Shown here piece by piece: positions 51,601 through 64,000 of a stretch of DNA of 64,000 nucleotides; the stretch's first letter is position 1, and each line of letters opens with the position of its first letter. The position numbers and the translations under genes were made by a program. This stretch comes from Dimorphilus gyrociliatus. Taxonomy: Eukaryota; Animalia; Annelida. Below the pieces are notes generated by a model. It was not told the origin of the DNA. It searched no databases and saw nothing but the letters and a program-made list of their open reading frames with translations. The stretch lies in the NCBI GenBank assembly GCA_904063045.1, contig CAJFCJ010000001.1, forward strand, positions 2,046,001 through 2,110,000. Reading direction: 5' to 3'.

Positions 51601-53402
51601 TATTGTCTTTTTCATCAATCACCGTTTTTAATTTTTCAATCAATTTATCCTTCTCCGTTATATTTTCATTAAGATTGTCAATTTCTTTTTCCTTATCGCC
51701 ATCTTGATCGTTTTTCAATAAAGAAACCTCTTCCTTATGATTACAATCTTTCAGATGAGTATCCAAATCATCTCTTAGCGTTTTATTTTCATCTTTTATC
51801 ACTTCTAATTCGGTTAAAAGAGTAAACTTTGAATTTGATAAGAAATCAATCTCTCTTTTATGTTCATCGATTTCTATTTGATAGTCTTTTCTCAGCTTTT
51901 TCAAATTGAGAATATCAACTTTCAGATCTTGATTTTCATTCGACAACTGTTCAACATGCTCTTTTAAGTCAGAGTCATCTGAATTCTTTCCACTATTAGC
52001 ACTATCATCTTTATCTTTATAAGCTTCAAGTTGTACTTTTAATTCTTTTATATCATTTTGTAATATTCCTATAGTTTGAGTTTTAGTTCTCTCCTGTTCT
52101 CTTAATTTATTAACAAGTAGCTCATTTTCTGCGTTAGACGTCTGCACGATATTGCTTATTTTCTTTTTAAGCTCTTCATTCTCCATTAAAGTGGCTCGGA
52201 GACTTTCTGATATTTCTGCTTTTTCTTTTTCAAAAGTTTCAATATCTTTATCTAAATCATCAAGTGCTTTCTGTTGATCTTCAACTGTATTCTGCAATTC
52301 TAAAATCCAAATTGATTTATTGTTTATATCGGTTAATAAGCTATCCTTTTCAGCTTTCATTTGTACTTGATTTAGGTGAATTTCTTCGATAGATTTCCTT
52401 AGATTTTCTTCAGCAGTTTTAAGACTATCCTTCAGTTCTTCGACTTTGGACTCTTTCACTTTGAGTTGTTCGTTGAGAGTACTGATATTTTTACATAACT
52501 CATAATTTTTATCTTCCAGTACACCGATAGTCGTTGAAAAATCCATTTCCATTTCTTGAATTTGCAATGACTTTTCCTCTAAAGTGTTTTTATTATGCTC
52601 CAAAACAATATTCATGCTTTCAATGGTATCCTCAAAACCACTTGACTTCTTTTGCTCTTCTTCTAAAGCATTGTTTAATCTATCAATGGTATCATTACAA
52701 CCAGCAATAGTTAACTTCAATGCCTCTTTCTGGCTAAAAATCTGACTGTAATCTTTCTCCAGTAGTTCCAATTGTTCTGTATAATCTTCGTATATTGTTT
52801 TTATCCTTTTGTATTCTATCTCCTTATTATTAATAAGTCGATTGAGTTCATCTCTTTCGTCCTCTAGCTCGTTGATTTTCTCAAGAAGATCTCTATGGAC
52901 TATAACATCTCCTAAATTTTCACCAGAGTTGTCACTATGCTGTCGCGAATAGAAAAAGTCGGATGAATCCATTTTAACTCTTAATTCATTGATTTGCTCT
53001 TTTTGATATTCAATTTCTCTTTGTTGAATATCTATTTGTTTCAGTAATGTAATTTTCTCTTCCTCATATATTGTAGAATCGTTATTTAGTCTTTTTTTAG
53101 GCCTAATAAAAGTAAGAAAAAATTATTTTTAAGTAAATAATTACAATACTAGAAAAATAAAGGTTACGTTAGAGAGTTTATTTCGTTTTTAGAATAGTTC
53201 GGCGTGTTATTTTCCGTAATTTTAAATATTTTTCGTGCTTCTTCTAATTGTTTAAGTAGATCATCATTCTCTTCATTAAGTTGATTATTTTTTCTAATCG
53301 ACGCATTCAATTGAACCGTTAACTCTTGACATTTAGTTTCAGCTTCACTAGCCCTATTATATTTTTGTTATAAGATTCATATTTAGACTGATAGCATTCA
53401 CA

Positions 53403-53433
<31 letters not shown>

Positions 53434-54989
53434 GACACTATATTGTATAGTAGAACTACTCATGCCTTTTACGTACCTGTTGATGTGTTGTTTAGTAGAT
53501 TGTTTCTCATTTGCTTGATATTCTATTATTTGCTCTTCGGCAAAGAAAAGTTTGTTCTTTAGCATTTCTATTTCCATTTGCATAGAAGAAAGAAGTGTAT
53601 CTTTTTGTTTGATTAGAGCGGCATCTCGTTCTGTATCTAACTCAAGATCGTACGTTCTATCTAACGCTTCCGTTAATCGTCTCTTTAGCTTCCTTATTTC
53701 ATACTCTTTCTCATTCAATTCCAATTTGGTAACAATTTGAGGACTTTTCATAAAACGATTAACGGGTGATGTTATGCTGACTGAGTTAGTAAAAACTTGA
53801 CCATTAGAGGCGCCGTAGGAGGTAGAGACGTTAGTTTTAATATCCTGGCTAGGTGAGCCACCTGGGGGTGAGTAAAATATCTAATTATCAACAATCAACT
53901 TAACATAAAAATGTCAAAATATTTGAGCAAATTAACATTTAACAACTAATCCGATGATTAAATGACAACTTTACAATCTCTGTTATCTTTGAATGGAAAG
54001 TGGTGGTTTCAATTTTCAACCAAATAAAAATTTTGGATTTCATTAGGTCGTCGTAACACATTAAAATATATAAAACTCTTACCAGAAATTGTGCTATATA
54101 CTGTATAGCGTCGAACGATGGGAGGACATGTACGACTTTTCTCAGGAGAGTCTCTGATGTTATCTTGGACGGGTGTGGATGAAGATACCGGATGAGTATC
54201 ATTTTGAGAATAGCTAGAATGAGCTGATAGGTGATTGGATAGTATGATGGATAATTAGAATCGAAAGTAAAGTTTCAAATGATAAAGATAGTTACGATCG
54301 CATAGTACTTTTCCAAAATCTTCATTAAAGTCTTCAACTTTAAGAATGGGTGACAACATGTGACAGATATGAGATTGAATGTCATTGTTCATCTTTGTAC
54401 TACTATCTTTGAAAATTTGATGATTGCCACTCGAAATACCCAAACTAAGGAGGAGTAATGCCATCTGAAAAGATATCAAGTATTTAGTTGCATAATATAA
54501 TTGCCCTTGAATTTCAAATTAACCTTTGCAATATCAAATTCATCACCATTGTATATGTTTAATAGCCACTTTTCAAGGGGTTTTTCATACATTTCTGTTG
54601 GTTATATCGTTGCTCTATTAGTGCATTCCTTCTAATACTTGTTTTTTATGCATACCTGACAGAAAATTCACTAAATTTCGTAATCTTTTGTCGCTCTCTC
54701 CTGTCTTCTCGAAACCATTATCTCTAATAGATATTTAGGTCAATACTTTCTATTAAAATTAAATGCAAAAGAAACTCACGCTAATGCCGCAACACTTTCT
54801 AGAGACTTTCCATCATTTAAACTTTTTAAGTCAGTAATATTTTCATCCAATAAATTGCTTAACTAATAGATTATTTACATTATTTCTTTCTAGTTTATTA
54901 AGAAATAAAATTGATAATTCTAGAATACAAACCCATGAGAGTAACGCTTTCGTCTTATTTGGATGAACATATTGTTTATCACCCTCCAT
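48607..54989 (-). CDS. NUMA1: NuMA/Mud-like spindle protein (Hook-type CH domain, long coiled coil, LGN-binding tail)
   Basis: N-terminal VHPNKTKALLSW, KRLRNLVNFLS and GDEFDIAKMALLLL; SPVNRFMKSPQ...EIRKLKRRL; 1024-aa coiled-coil exon; tail HDEPDQL and multiple TP/SP sites. Confidence 0.78.
53403..53433. repeat. (TAT)n trinucleotide microsatellite
   Basis: Perfect run inside a NuMA intron. Confidence 0.9.
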
Positions 54990-55260
54990 GATAAATAACA
55001 AATTGGGCGTAAAAAATAGCTCTTTAATTATGAGGAACTTTAGTTAACAATCATTTAAAATCACTTTTAGGTATTTTAAGACTAATATAGTCATAAAAAA
55101 ACAAGAAAACACTACAAATTTGCTTTCCTGCCGGATTTCAAATTACTTCACTAAAGGGTTGCACTAGAATGTAAATGTCATATGTAACTTTTCCAACCAA
55201 CAGGTGTCACCATGTGTATAAAAAAAGTTTCATCTGAAAGTTAGTCATACCCAAATAATC

Positions 55261-55653
55261 ATGGCGCTGCACATGGCTCTGAAGAACAGTGTTAAAACAA
55301 GTAATTTCTTCTTAAAATTGCATTCATCAAACGTAAAAATCCTCCAGTCTGCTTCTATCTGCATATGCTCTCATTTGGAGAATTCACATAGAACAGACAT
55401 TGTTCGCACAAACCGAAGTGTTTACCCTAGGACATATCCGGTAACTTTAGTTCAATCCGACGGATCAACAACAACAATCAGATATGCAGAGCCTCGAAAA
55501 ATTATAAAATTGCCTCTCGATCTTGAGAAAGTCAGCGCAACAGTGAAAGAAGAGCGTCTTCGTTTAAGAAGACCAAAACAAAAACTAATAATTCAAGAAG
55601 ATGTTGATGTTGACTTTAATGTTGAAGACTATGAAGATTTGTGGAAAAAATGA
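55261..55653 (+). CDS. MRPL55: Mitochondrial ribosomal protein L55 (bL31m)
   Basis: RTNRSVYPRTYPVTLVQSDGSTTTIRYAEPRKIIKLPLDL with an N-terminal presequence-like region. Confidence 0.92.
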   Translation: MALHMALKNSVKTSNFFLKLHSSNVKILQSASICICSHLENSHRTDIVRTNRSVYPRTYPVTLVQSDGSTTTIRYAEPRKIIKLPLDLEKVSATVKEERLRLRRPKQKLIIQEDVDVDFNVEDYEDLWKK

Positions 55654-56326
55654 CCGGGTTTTCTTAAGATTTAGGTCAATCAGTTTATTTTAATGTAAAC
55701 CTCAAATGTTATTCTGAATTTTTGTGAATAAAGAGAATCTATTTTTTGCTGTTAAACTACATTAACATCTTTTATACAACTTATACAGTTTTAAGATATT
55801 TCCAATTAAATAGTTAATATTTTTTACTCGAACAGTCTCTTAGAAAGCTTTATGTTACTGTTTACTAAATGAAAATTATAATCAATGCGAGACTTCTCTT
55901 AAACTATTGCCATTTATTCTACCCTTGGTGATAGAAAAACCAATAATGAAACCTAAAACTACAGATTTGTATTTCCTTTTCTCATATTTCATAATACAAT
56001 GGCTTTAGAATTACAAACTTTTTAATTAATTGAACTTTTATTACAAAACAATCCATTTTCTATTCGATTATATATACTTAACTATTAAATAAACTGTTTA
56101 ATTAGTACGAAGATAATAAGAACAAGTGATATATTAGTCAAACGTCTCTTTTTCTAAAATTTGAATAATCTAACTTTTGTTTGGTGTTATTTTTGTATTG
56201 TGAAAAAAACTTTTTGGCGCAAAATAACTGGAAGTGACATCTATTGATAATTTTCTCTTTTCGCTTATTCTTTTTTTTCGTTTAATTTATCGAATAATAT
56301 ATGGAAGATATTATACATTCTTCGTT

Positions 56327-59059
56327 ATGTCTGTCAAATATGATATTTGCGATGCTTCAGACGAATCATCTGAATCAGATTTTCTAGATCAAAGTTTAAG
56401 TAAGTATCTTAATATAAAAGTTTAACTATATCATATTTATTCCATTCACACAGGTGTTTGGAGAGGGTGGACAGTATATGAAAAGGAGGCAGGTTTTAGT
56501 CCGACACCTATTGATATTTTTACAGCATCTAGTCTTGGATTATACAGTTCTGTTTTACATAATCTTAAAAGGTAATATATGTTTCAGTTTTTAAACTATC
56601 TTAGAAATATACTTCATATTTGATTTGCAGTTGCAACGTAAACAATCAGAATGTAAGCGGTTGGACAGCTCTTATGTACGCTTCTTACATTGGCCATGTT
56701 GATATTGTGGATGTATTATTACGAGAAAATGCTCTAACTGATATAAGCAACAAAAAAAAGAGAACAGCATTAATGTTAGCTTCATCATGTGGCAATCAAA
56801 GCGTCACTCACAGGCTTCTAGAAGCTGGAAGTAATATGGAATTGATCGACGAATCTGGGTGGACAGCGTTATACCATTCAACTCACTATGGTCATCAAAG
56901 TGTTGTTAAATTCCTTTTGAGTCGTGGAGCAAAGACGAACATCGTGTAAGTTTTTATATAAAGAAGTAAATAACAAACAAAATATGAAGGAAAGCTTAAC
57001 AAAATATAACAGATTTTTTGAAGTTTTTAACTAATTAACAATTAAAGAAGATAGATTTTAAAACCTTAATGTAACAAGATAACAAGGTTATAAAAGATTT
57101 TTCTATAGAGAACGTCATATGGGCATGACACCATTTATGGAAGCTGCTATACAAGGTCATGAAATAATAGTTCAGGAATTCTTAAATTACGTTAGTTAAA
57201 AATATCAATGTTTTTTAATTATAAATTGACTCTGCTTTAAAAAAAACAACGAAACAAACAAAGCAAAGAAAACAACTATCTTCATTCTTAAAATTCTTAT
57301 TTTTTTCTTTAGTTTTTCTATTATTAGTAATATTTACATTATTCTCTTACTAGAAAAGAGTATTTTTCATTATTCAGATATTTCTTTATATAGATTAATC
57401 AATTCTTCTTTATTATCTTAAATTTCAAAATTCGTTCACTAATCATTTATTAAAAAAACTTTTAAGCAGTAACTAACTTCAACGTAGGTTTTTTTTCTCT
57501 CTCTCCCCTTTCCTACTGACGTCTCTTATTTTTGTTTGTTTGTTACAAATGTTATATTCTCAATTTATCACTCTTTAAAAATTATTTATGTATTTCTATG
57601 CATATTCATAGTTTTTTAAAGCACTTAATTCTATATACGGAATTAATTATTAACGAAAACGTTTCTTTAATCCTTACTAATCTATCTAGAATGTTGATAT
57701 CTCTATTCGGAATAAGCAAGGGGAAACAGCTAGATCTTTAGCATTACTAAAAGGATTCACCAAAGTTGTATCGTTAATTGATAATCATCTTTATGCTAAT
57801 CAACGTCCGCTTCGATCTCGACCAGGTTGAATAATGATTTATTACTGTCCATTGAAACTGTATCCGAATTATTTATGTTTTTCTTTTTCTCTAATAAAAG
57901 GTCTGGGGCGCTCTATAGATACTAGTTCATCTGAGGAGAGCTTATACGAACAGCGACAATACAATAGACCTAGAAGCAAATTGAAAGGTAATTTTTTTTA
58001 TTTGGTCAATAATCATATATTAATGATTTTTTACTCAGCTGTTCCGAATATCGGCGAAGGACCAGAGGCTGTTCAAAGACTACTAAATAATATGGATCCT
58101 ATTAATTCTTTAGGATTACAATTTTCAAATCTGCTAACCAATCCGGACAATTTAACCTATAATTATTTATCGGAAAATCCTGATGTTATACCAAAAGTTT
58201 CGGATAATGATAAACAACCAAAAGATTTAAGAGAGTTCTTAACTGATATGAACTTACTAAAGTATTTACCAACATTTGAAGAGCAAGATGTAGATCTCAC
58301 CGTATTTCTTTCCTTAAATGATGATGATCTCAAAGAACTGGGCGTAAAGTGAGTAATTTCCTCTATCATAAAAAGAATAGTTGTTAAAATTACTTTCCTT
58401 TTTATTTGCGAAAAATTATTAGACTACTTGGACCGAGAAGGAAAATGATCAATGCAATAAAACGCTTACAAAACAATTCAGATGAGCACGTACTTTCACC
58501 TTTTGTATCCGATACCCTTTTAGCTAAAAATCGATTACGAATTGTTCGTATATACTATACAATTAATATTTATAGTATTTTTTTTCTTATTTATTTATAA
58601 ATTGATTGTTTATGAAAGGCGGAAAGACAAATAGCTGAATTGCGGGATGCTTTATCGAAAGAGAATCAGCTTAGAGCTATTTCAGAAAATTGTCTAATGG
58701 ATGTTAAGCAAAGATGTTCTGATTTACAAAAATTCCCTTCTGCCTTATACGAACAAATCAAGGACATTAGATCTTATTATTCCCAAATGTGGTAAGGTTT
58801 TCTTTCATTTATTTACCGAATAACATAGACTTTACGCAAGACATACACTATATTTACATAAATCTGCTATTTCAGCCTTTATCAGCAGGAATTATGTAGC
58901 AGAAACACCGCAGGTTCGGACAAATCGGTTGTTCAGTTATCCAACTTGTCTAATCAACAACTAATTGATAGTTTGGTATCAATCTCCTCACATGTTGGAG
59001 GATTAATCGAAAAACTATACCACTCTAAGGGATTCATAGTGGCTTCTAATTATAGTTAA
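56327..59059 (+). CDS. ANKS3: Ankyrin repeat and SAM domain-containing protein 3
   Basis: SDESSESDFLDQSLSVW, GWTALMYASYIGH and LMLASSCGN; SAM domain PTFEEQDVDLTVFLSLNDDDLKELGV..LGPRRKM. Confidence 0.92.
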
Positions 59060-59262
59060 ATCAATAACCACTATTTTTATACACAATGATGAATTATGAA
59101 AGTTTGCAATAGATTCCTTATCATTCTACTAAATGTATAATTGAAGAAATACAACTACAGAATATTAGTCAAATTTACAATATTTTATTGAGTCTGTTTT
59201 GTCTTGGAGAAAGCAAATGATAAATAAAAAAAACTCTATTAGAAAATACAACGTTTTCCGTT

Positions 59263-62200
59263 TTAAGCTTCTTTTAGAGTTTTTAGAGCGTACTCTTTCG
59301 CTTTTTCCATAGCTTCGTTCAAACAAGCAATATTCGTTCCATTTGATTGAGCTGAGTTGGCTTTACCGCCACCCTTTCCTTTCATAAGACCTTGAATTTG
59401 GGAAACCCATTCATTAGCCTTTAAACCTCGTGATACGGCGCAATTGGGTGCGACAGCGAGACATAATATTTTCGAGTTGACTTGGTCTATCGAAAAGAAT
59501 AAGCAGCTGGTTTCAGGTGATAAGGCTTTAAATTGTTTGACAGCATTATCTAATGCTTTTCCATCGGCTTCCGAATTCTCAAAATAATGAACAAGAATTT
59601 GTTGATTAGGCTTTTCGGCAATTAGCATTTTAGCTTCTTCTGTTACCTAAGCAAAAAATTTACTTATCATTTATTATAATAAAAATAATAATTTGTAACA
59701 TACTTTGACAGCGATTTGAGCTTTTCTTGCCTTCTCTTGATCATCAATTCTCTTCTTTAGAGCTTTCAAATTATTTTTAGTATTGTCCCTCCTCCAATAA
59801 GGTGTATTGGATTGGGATACCTCTTCGGTTAGTTCAGTAATCAGTTTCAAAAGCTCTTTCTGAGTAAACTTGGTAGAATCTTTAAAGTATTCGTTTACTT
59901 TTTCTTCGATAGACTTAACTTCCCTATCATACACATCGGATTTATGAATAGCTTTAGAAGCTTCATTTCCAGTAACAGCAACAACTCGTCTTATTCCCTT
60001 AGCGATGGCTTCTTCTGAGACAATAACAAACTTACCAATATGCGAACTGTTTTGAAGATGACTGTTCAAAAGCGACAGAAATTTTAAAAAATATTCAACC
60101 ACGAAAAATTATTATTGTTTACTGACGTTCCACCACAAAATTCTACAGAATGATTACAACCAGCCGGTCCATCAGGATCCGAGAGTAAATCATCAATTGG
60201 GATCCCAACGCAAACGCATCTTACAGGATCAGGATAAACTTCATCGAAAACCGCTCTCAATCCTTGAATAGCCTTACACTTAACCAGCTCAGCTTCTTTA
60301 GCGTAAACTTTCAATTTCTTTTCAGAGATTTCATTACAGATATCCTCCACCGCCTTTATTTGTTTGCTATTCATTGCACCTTTAGCCGAAAAATCGAAAC
60401 GTAGTTTATCAGGTGCGACGAGAGAACCTTTTTGATCAGCTTCTCCCAAAACTTTTCGCAAACCATAATTCAAAACATGAGTAGCAGTATGGTTAGACAT
60501 AACTGGTCTCCTTCGTTGCTAATTAAAAATGAAGTACTTTAATATAACTGAAACAATAAATTAAAAAAAACTCACTGTACCTCGTCAATTGTAAGTGTTA
60601 CTTTATCTCCAACTTTTAGAGTTCCTTCAACAGTTCCGATATGTAAGATAAAACCTCCTCTAACTTGTACAGATTTGACAACCATTTCATCTTCCTAAAA
60701 ACAACATATTTGATGTTAAATAAACACTAAGCTAGATATAATATACAATTTATATTTTATATATTAAACTAGAGCATACTTCACTGCCTTCTTTACTAAT
60801 AAAGCCAGTATCAAAAATTTGCCCTCCTTGTTCAGCATAGAAACAAGTTTGATCAAGGATGATTCCGCATTCAGCACCTGTTTTTACTTCTTGGACAAAT
60901 TCTTTAGAAAATCTTAGAGCTAGAATGGTTCCAACAGCCTTTTCATATTCTGTAAACAAGTATGAAAAAGCTAATAATCTTGCAAAACCTTTTATTAATA
61001 ATCCTTACGGTATTCTCCATTTTCATTTGAAGAATATTGATATTTTGGTTTATCATTTGTTATTGGCACTGCTTTATCTTTCAAATGAGTTATGGCATGT
61101 ACGTCAAGATCAACCAATTCTTCTACAGTACTTCCACCAGCTTTGGATTTGAGCTGAGATTCCTTTTTTGCAGCTTCAAAACTCTCGCAATCTACTTTTA
61201 AACCTTTTTCTTCTACCATAAGTTCAGTTAAGTCGACGGGAAAGCCATAGGTATCGTAGAGACGCCATGCCACCTCTCCTGGAAGAGTTTTAGAGTCTCC
61301 CATTTTCGAAATGGTTCTTTCTAAAATTAATCGACCTTTGCTTAAGGTTTTTAAGAATTGGGTCTCTTCTTCATTAATAATATCTTTAACTATTTGAGGG
61401 TCTTTTGTGACTTCGGGGAATGCGTCGCCCTTAAAAGTGAAATTAAATCATGGATGGATAGTCTCAATTGAAAGATAAATATCATTACCAAGATGGTGAC
61501 AACAATATCAACCAGAGAAGCAAACAATCCTGGCTTAGCATTAAGCTTTTCAGAAGCAAAGCGGATACCTCGTCTTAAAATCCTTCTCAAAACGTAGCTA
61601 TAAAGAGACAATATTTATAAATAACGATAGAAATTTGATACTAATGAACTAACCCTCTTCCTGTATTATCTGGACGTCCACCATCGGAAAGAGCAATGGT
61701 AAGAGTACGAACGTGATCAGCAAGAACACGATAAGCCATATCAACACCATCAGCATCTTCAGCACCGACTTTTCCTGTGTATTGTCGGCAATCGGTAGCC
61801 TAGATAGAATTTTTAACAATTATTTAAAAGATATAGTTAGGCCATATTTCTTACGTCTTTAATGGCTTTAAATATAGGTACAAACAGATCGGTGTCATAA
61901 TTGGAGTTTTTATTCTGAACAACAGAGGCTAGTCTTTCTAGTCCCATGCCTGTATCTACGCTCATAAAAGGAAGTGGCTTAAACACATTATTTGGTTCCC
62001 TATTAAATTGAGTAAACACTAAGTTCCAAACTTCCAAAACGTCAGGTACATCCATATTAACTAAATGAGCAGCATCTCTATTTCCAATTCGATCAAAGTG
62101 AATTTCTGTGCAGGGTCCACAAGTACCAAGGTCTCCCATGGCCCAAAAATTATCTTTGACGCCAAATGGCATAACCCTCTCCTTTGGAATTCTGAATAAA

Positions 62201-62785
62201 GAAACCTATTAAGTTTTAAACAAAAATTGTGTGTCATATGTAAATCTGTACCCAAGGTTTATCCAAATATCTCTAGTCTCCAAATCAGCTTCTAATCCGA
62301 GATCTTTGTCACCTCCAAAGTAAGTGATATATAATCTCTCCTTTGGCATTTTATAAACTTCAGTCAATAACTCCCAAGCCCATTCTATTGCTTCTGTCTT
62401 GAAAAAATCACCAAATGACCAGTTACCCAGCATTTCAAAAAATGTATGGTGATAGACGTCTTTTCCCACATCATCCAAATCATTATGTTTACCTCCAGCT
62501 CTGATGCACTTTTGACTATTGACAACTCTTTTCAGTTTTCCCAAATCGCTATTTGGATCAGCAATACCCAAAAGGACAGGTTTGAACTGAGAAAGAAATA
62601 TGATGCAATCTTTCAGTAACTAATATGCACATGTGAAATACCTGGTTCATTCCTGCATTAGCGAACAATAGAGTTGGATCATCCAAAGGAATAGTTGATG
62701 AAGAATGCCAGTATCTATGTTGCTTTTTCACAAAAAAGTCAATGAACATCTGACGAAGTTCGGAGGAAGTTAGGCTTGAGTTCAT
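59263..62785 (-). CDS. AARS1: Alanyl-tRNA synthetase, cytosolic type
   Basis: [71 protein letters not shown]; editing motifs HTATH and EFCGGTH; C-terminal GKGGG. Confidence 0.96.
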
Positions 62786-63141
62786 CTTAAATAATCTACA
62801 ACAGAAATATAACACGTTGCATCAGCCGGAAGAATCAAAACTAGCAAAAATACAATGTAAAAGAAAAGTTGAAAGTTTTAGATAAAGTATAAAATTTGAA
62901 AAAAATTGTAATAATGTTTAAGCTATTAACCTGTTATAGCCAAGTTGATCTTTGTCTTATAATTCGGATTATACGCAATAGTATGCTTGCCAAGAAAACG
63001 GAAATACAATTGTCAATTGAGCGAATGTTTTCCCAAAATTTTATGGAATTAGAACCAGTCTGTGTTCTAGTGTGGTTTTATGTATGCTGTCTCCATATCT
63101 CAATACCACATTCGCGCTAATTTTTACATTTTTTAGACGAA

Positions 63142-64000
63142 ATGGCTAACAATATGAATCTAAATATGAATGATGACGAACCCTTGGATCTGGATCTCCA
63201 TTTAAGCGATCCAACGGAATTAGTTAACTCAGGAATTCATGGCCTTCATGATGGTATGGCCGTTTCTTCATCTGTATATGAAGAAAACATGAATTATGGT
63301 TATTTGTCTACTGGAAGTCCTCTTCTTCAGATGTCTCGAGAAGACTCTCTTCCTAATCCTCAATCACCACCAGCGAGTCCGCAGTCAGCTGTTTCCGAGA
63401 GTAACAGCTACATTAATAGTCGTTCTCCTTCAAGAAACATGTCGCCACGGGGTAGTGGACCTGAATCTCCAGATAGCAGACACTCAAACTCGAGGAGCTA
63501 TGCAAGTAGTCGAGATGGATCTGTTGCTTCTATTAGAAGCTGCGACCGTTCACGCTCGAATTCAAGATCAAGATCAAGAAGTATCTCCTCGCAGAGGTCC
63601 AATTCAGTTGGTAGCAATATGAGCTCCCGCTCCAGGTCAAGAAGCCGACAATCTCGCAGCAAAAGCAGATCCCTAGCTCTATCACGCTCCGTTAGTCGAT
63701 CAAGCAGTGGACGTTCCAGATCAAGATCGGTTTCCAGATCGGTTTCTAGATCTGTTTCTAGGTCTCCTTCTAGATCTGTTTCTAGATCAGTTTCTCGATC
63801 AAGGTCGAGATCAAGATCCAGATCAGGTTCTCCTGTTGCCAGTAAAAGTAGAAAAAGGATAAGAGTTGGATCTGAAAGTGATAAAAGTGACAAAGAGTAA
63901 TTATTAAATATTATTGTAAGAAATTCTATATAACAATTTACCCTCATTCCAGATCCGATTCAGGAAAAGCTATTGCTGAAATTTTTGGATCCAGTGACGA
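63142..64000 (+). CDS. RS-repeat-rich nuclear protein, probably IWS1-like (LEO1 not excluded), 3' partial
   Basis: Long SRS/SRSV low-complexity N-terminus. After intron 63896-63952 (the donor follows GAC AAA GA) the frame reads ESDSGKAIAEIFGSSD, resembling the IWS1 LIADIFGESGD motif. Confidence 0.5.
63721..63830 (+). repeat. Coding 12-nt tandem repeat (SRSV units) followed by SR dipeptides
   Basis: TC(C/T)AGATC(G/T/A)GTT units repeated in frame. Confidence 0.85.

Noticed and set aside
43854-56220. E2F-like TTTCGCGG (43854, ANAPC4), CHR-like TTTGAA near NuMA, TTTGGCGC near ANKS3, and GTCACATG (42093) near CTSZ
   Set aside because: Short motifs that could occur by chance; not supportable without enrichment or conservation data.
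3044-62255. Many 60-110 aa ORFs in introns, intergenic DNA or antisense to real CDSs (for example 3044-3334, 13559-14055, 25235-25447, 47964-48164)
   Set aside because: F/I/L/Y-rich composition typical of AT-rich non-coding DNA or shadow frames; no motifs.
63498-63947. 149-aa antisense ORF rich in DLE/DLD repeats
   Set aside because: It is the mirror of the SR repeat on the + strand, which lacks stops on the reverse strand.
1-64000. Transposons, tRNA/rRNA/snRNA genes, CRISPR arrays, U12-type introns, trans-splice outrons
   Set aside because: No transposase or RT ORFs, terminal repeats, cloverleafs or spaced repeats seen. RTATCCTT matches fall inside coding sequence. Acceptors just upstream of ATGs (PM20D2, AARS1, IWS1-like) have plausible cis donors about 55 nt upstream.

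Overview
AT-rich, very gene-dense eukaryotic (animal) DNA with about 23 protein-coding genes in 64 kb. Most introns are 50-90 bp and many genes sit in head-to-head or tail-to-tail pairs. I found no transposon ORFs, RNA genes or CRISPR arrays. The style suggests a compacted invertebrate genome, such as a miniaturised annelid (inference only). Gene order: MYCBPAP(+, 5' partial), orphan K/N/E-rich gene(+), HAO-like(-), MYORG-like GH31(-), FAM149(+), RNF14(-), CCDC34(+), KLHL10(-), TGF-beta prodomain-only gene(+), PM20D2(+), ENPP(+), myosin ID-like(-), eEF1B GEF-domain-only gene(-), CFAP68(+), PLA2G15(-), EFHC2(-), CTSZ(+), ANAPC4(+), NuMA(-), MRPL55(+), ANKS3(+), AARS1(-), RS-rich IWS1-like(+, 3' partial). 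Main observations: (1) a secreted myostatin/activin-type prodomain with no growth-factor domain; (2) two hidden in-frame cassette exons that would insert into the myosin I motor at the position of myosin VI insert-1; (3) a stand-alone eEF1B exchange domain lacking the catalytic Lys; (4) adjacent GH31 and hydroxy-acid oxidase genes with substituted active sites; (5) a NuMA orthologue with a retained LGN-binding motif; (6) three candidate alternative first exons for FAM149. All family assignments come from recalled motifs, not database searches.
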